Positions 60,043-64,000 of a stretch of 64,000 nucleotides of DNA are shown piece by piece. Within the stretch, counting starts at the first letter, position 1. Every line of letters starts with the position of its first letter. The stretch comes from Eledone cirrhosa (Eukaryota), in contig CAXHJY010000056.1 in assembly GCA_964016885.1 (NCBI GenBank), positions 5,209-69,208 on the forward strand, in the 5' to 3' direction. Position numbers and translations under genes: made by a program. A model generated the notes under the pieces. It saw only the letters and a list, made by a program, of their open reading frames with translations, did no database searches and had not been told where the DNA came from.

Positions 60043-60106
<64 letters not shown>

Positions 60107-60150
60107 TATGTGTGTGTATATATATGTGTGTGTGTGTATATATATATATA

Positions 60151-60305
60151 TGAAAAGATTCAGGACCCCGACGGCTGAGCTCCGGCCGTTTCGACAGCTA
60201 AACGGCCGGGTCCTGAATCATTTCATATTACCCACTCTATTACCCCAAGTATCGAGTACTCTGGTAGGTTATGGTCTAGCTGGTTTTTACCACACCCTAT
60301 CTGAT
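60151..60305 (+). mobile_element. Family A-related PLE-type element with short inverted arm
   Basis: tgaaaagattcaggaccc / gggtcctgaatcatttca; tail actctattaccccaagtatcgagt. Confidence 0.7.
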
Positions 60306-60338
60306 ATATTTATATATGTGTATATATATACACAAACC

Positions 60339-60422
<84 letters not shown>

Positions 60423-60423
60423 C

Positions 60424-60454
<31 letters not shown>

Positions 60455-60659
60455 CATACACAAACACACACACCTACGTTCTCACATTTGTATTACGTTA
60501 CAAATAAATATAGGAAACCTTCCTTTTAAATAAATAATATATATATATATATGTATGTATATATGATATATATATATATATGTGTATATATATATATATA
60601 TTATAAATAATAATGTGTTTTTGCATCTGTGTTTTATCTTGTCATTTCCTGAGCTATGT

Positions 60660-60708
<49 letters not shown>

Positions 60709-60831
60709 GTGTGTATGTGTCTGTGTGTGTTTATATATATTTATTTATTGATTTATTGGGTGGTGAATGTTATTTTTATTAACATGATAATAAAAATAAT
60801 TGTGATAAGCAATGTGTATTTATTCGCTATC

Positions 60832-60919
<88 letters not shown>

Positions 60920-60930
60920 TATATATATAT

Positions 60931-61120
60931 ATAGGAACCAGTAAGACCCCGACAGCTGAGCTCAAGCCGTTTCGACGGCTAATTCGAGAATTAGCCGTCG
61001 AAACGGCTTGAGCTCAGCTGTCGGGTCTTACTGGTTCCTATTACCCACTCTACTACCTCAAGTATTGAGTACTTTGGTGCGTTACGGTCCACATGGTTCC
61101 TTACCACATTTCCTTCGTTA
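60931..61120 (+). mobile_element. PLE-type fold-back element, family A
   Basis: Perfect palindrome centred about 60986; (TA)n at both ends; another family A tail at 61315-61398. Confidence 0.82.
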
Positions 61121-61137
61121 TATATATATATATATAT

Positions 61138-61213
<76 letters not shown>

Positions 61214-61632
61214 CGTGGATGTAGGAGGATGTTGAACGATAGATAGAGAGTGAGTAAGTGATAGTAGAAGAAGTATGTGAGAAAAGAGCCAGGATCCCAA
61301 CGGCTGACTCTTTGCGTATTACGCACTCTACTGCCCTAAGTATTGAGTACTCTGGTGCGTTATGGTTCACCTGGTTCCTTACCACGCTTCCTTCGTTATA
61401 TATATATGCGGACTAGCATCTGCTAAGTTTTGGCCGCCTTCTCGTCTTGGGCATCTCTCTCTCTGCTTTTCAGCCCCTTGGATTGTGTCTATTATATTCC
61501 TTTGTTGGATAAATTTCGGAATATCTGATGATGTCACCAGATTCACACTGAACCCGGTCATTGAAATGTTCTTAGTATAATAAACCTTTAAGGAACTACA
61601 CCAGTCCGGCCTCCCTGTTATTTTATAATATA

Positions 61633-61678
<46 letters not shown>

Positions 61679-62280
61679 TGGCTGCCAACTCGTTTTGGAG
61701 TACGGCCACTACTTTATATCCATGTAGAAGAACCCCTACCGATGCGCTGAACGAGTGTGACTTTTTAGTCCAGCCAGCGACTTGAAAACTCTGGTACAAA
61801 CACTACACCTGTGACAATTATTGACACATAGTGCTGGGCCCATAGTACCATGTGACGACAAGTGCAGAGAGATCTCTAGATATAAAGCAATGCCTGTGCC
61901 GTGAAGCTTTTATAGTGAGCAAAGGCACTGCACAAAGCCAGTCCCACTCTCTTAACCAAGATGATATTTACCAAAAGAAAAAGCAGTCAACATCATTGGA
62001 TACCATCAGAGTTGCAGGTGTTATATCAGAGTTTTCCTTCTCCTAGAATTCTGCCTTGACAAAGGCTAAGGGATCATCTCTCCCGGTGATTTTGGATGGC
62101 CATTGACTCTAAGAACTCCCTTGCCCTTTGACAGGTTTTGTTTTTAGTCCTGCAGGATGTCCAAAGTCACCCTCCTCACCAAGAAACCTTGGTGGGGTTG
62201 CCAGCTTAGTCGCCAACGACCCGACCATGAGACAGGTTGTACTGGGATACATGTTACCAGTAGCACCAACTGGTGACCTG

Positions 62281-62325
<45 letters not shown>

Positions 62326-62330
<5 letters not shown>

Positions 62331-62725
62331 CCAAAGATTAGTATGGTTCGTTGATTACTCAATGAATACAATTTTACAATAGATTAGAAGCACTCAACTA
62401 GAAAGTTTCCTGGAGTTTTTAATATTCTTCAAAATCTTAACAAATGAAAAATATTCTCATAATCAAAATATATACATTTTTACAATAGATTAGAAGCACT
62501 CAACGGTGAGTGCTTCTAATCTATTGTAAAATTGTATTCATTGAGTAATCAACCAACCATACTAATCTTTGGTCATATTTAGCTCCCAGAAAGTTGAGCG
62601 CTTCTTCTGCAATAGATTACTAATAAATGATGGATGTCATATATCAAATCATATATTTTGTCTGATAATAAAGTATATATTTGATTATGAGAATACTTTT
62701 CATTTGTTAATATTTTGAATAATAT
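62326..62725. mobile_element. Rearranged PLE-type tails, family K, forming nested inverted repeats
   Basis: 62328-62398 vs 62507-62576; 62421-62476 vs 62672-62724; hairpin 62478-62532. Confidence 0.65.
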
Positions 62726-62918
62726 ATATATATTATACAAAGAATGAGAAATAAAATATATTGAGGGTACGGGCGGGATGGAATTGGAAAAAATGTCTTT
62801 AGATAAAAATAATAGTTTTGCAAGAGATGTCAACATGAATGGACCTATTATTTTTATCTAAAGACATTTTTTCAATTCCATCCCGTCCGTACCTCAATCT
62901 ATTTTATTTCTCATTCTT

Positions 62919-62954
62919 TCTTCTGATGAAGGACTAGCGTCCGAAACGTTAAGA
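62919..62954 (+). ncRNA. Minimal type I hammerhead ribozyme motif
   Basis: TCTT-CTGATGA-A-GGAC-TAGC-GTCC-GAAACGTT-AAGA, self-complementary stem III AACGTT; preceded by a palindrome with arms of about 75 bp (62739-62919). Confidence 0.8.
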
Positions 62955-63045
62955 CCCTCTTCCAAGCGTTAACCTAATATATTCCTTCCATATACTGTAC
63001 CGATTGTGTTGTTATTTCTGTTTACCTTTTATATATATATATATA

Positions 63046-63500
63046 TACGATATTAAATAAATGGAAACTATATTTATAAAACCATATCTATTTCATTATA
63101 TATATTTCAGGGATATCATATTAACAATATGCTATGCCTTCCTCAGACAAAATACAATATAAACAGTTTTATAGATAAATAGATTTGACATACCGTACAA
63201 CATCGACTTGTATTTGAAAAGTTGAACTGCCAATTCAACTTTTCAAATACAAGTCGATGTTGTACGGTATGTCAAATCTATTTATCTATAAAACTGTTTA
63301 TATTGTATTTTGTCTGAGGAAGGCATAGCATATTGTTAATATGATATCCCTGAAATATATATAATGAAATAGATATGGTTTTATAAATATAGTTTCCATT
63401 TATTTAATATCGTAAATATACTCCAAATACTTGTCGAGTGCTTTTATATCAGTTATAAATATTTACTAGTTGTAACCCAACAATTTAAATATAACTTTCC

Positions 63501-63502
<2 letters not shown>
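63046..63502 (+). mobile_element. PLE-type fold-back element, family D, hammerhead at about 63306-63372 (CTGAGGA variant)
   Basis: Inverted arms of about 180 bp with no mismatch seen, tiny loop at about 63230; same tail as 39065-39172. Confidence 0.85.
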
Positions 63503-63568
<66 letters not shown>

Positions 63569-63599
63569 GTATATATACACGCCCTATATATATATACAT

Positions 63600-63840
63600 A
63601 TAATTGTTTCTACTTTTGGCACTAGGCCAGCAAATACCCAGTGCATTACTGGTACTTTATTTTATCGACCCCGTAAGGATGAAAGGCAAAGTTAATCTCG
63701 GCGGGATTTGAACTCAGATCGTAAAGGGGCGTAACTCTTTGCGTCAAAGCATGGCGTCCGACCCTCTACCGATACTGCCAATTCACCATACATATAATTG
63801 TTTCTACTTTTGGCACAAGGCCAGCAATTATCCAGTGCAA
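63600..63840 (-). mobile_element. Full-length SINE plus start of a second copy
   Basis: A and B boxes plus core on the minus strand. Confidence 0.9.
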
Positions 63841-64000
63841 TGATACCGACTATGGTGACGTACAACACGTAGAATCCCACACCGGGAGCCGGACACCCAA
63901 GTATTGAGTTCTCAAACTGGTGAACCCCCTAGTAACTAAATATTGCACACCAATACACTATATATATATATATGTGGGGTGGGGAGGGGGGTATTTAGAG

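Overview
Repeat-saturated animal genomic DNA, most likely an Octopus-type cephalopod (inferred from the tRNA-derived SINE family and the extreme (TA)n load). The only convincing host gene is a minus-strand secreted frizzled-related protein (sFRP1/2/5-like). Two of its exons are visible: a 78-bp exon at 38868-38945 and the terminal NTR-domain exon at 30546-31066. The CRD-encoding exon was not found and probably lies beyond base 64000. Almost every other ORF in the track is a translation of simple repeats. The rest of the window holds SINEs, Tx1/L1-like and RTE LINE 3' ends, mariner and hAT MITEs, and minisatellites. The most striking signal is a dense set of short, non-coding, often fold-back elements inserted in (TA)n, from at least 8 sequence-distinct families (family letters are my own labels). 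They carry type I hammerhead ribozyme motifs typical of Penelope-like element (PLE) termini. They also share a covarying ACUC-stem-loop-UU-GAGU hairpin 40-80 nt from the 3' end, and their short inverted arm usually stops just upstream of that hairpin. All calls were made by eye, and repeat coordinates are approximate.
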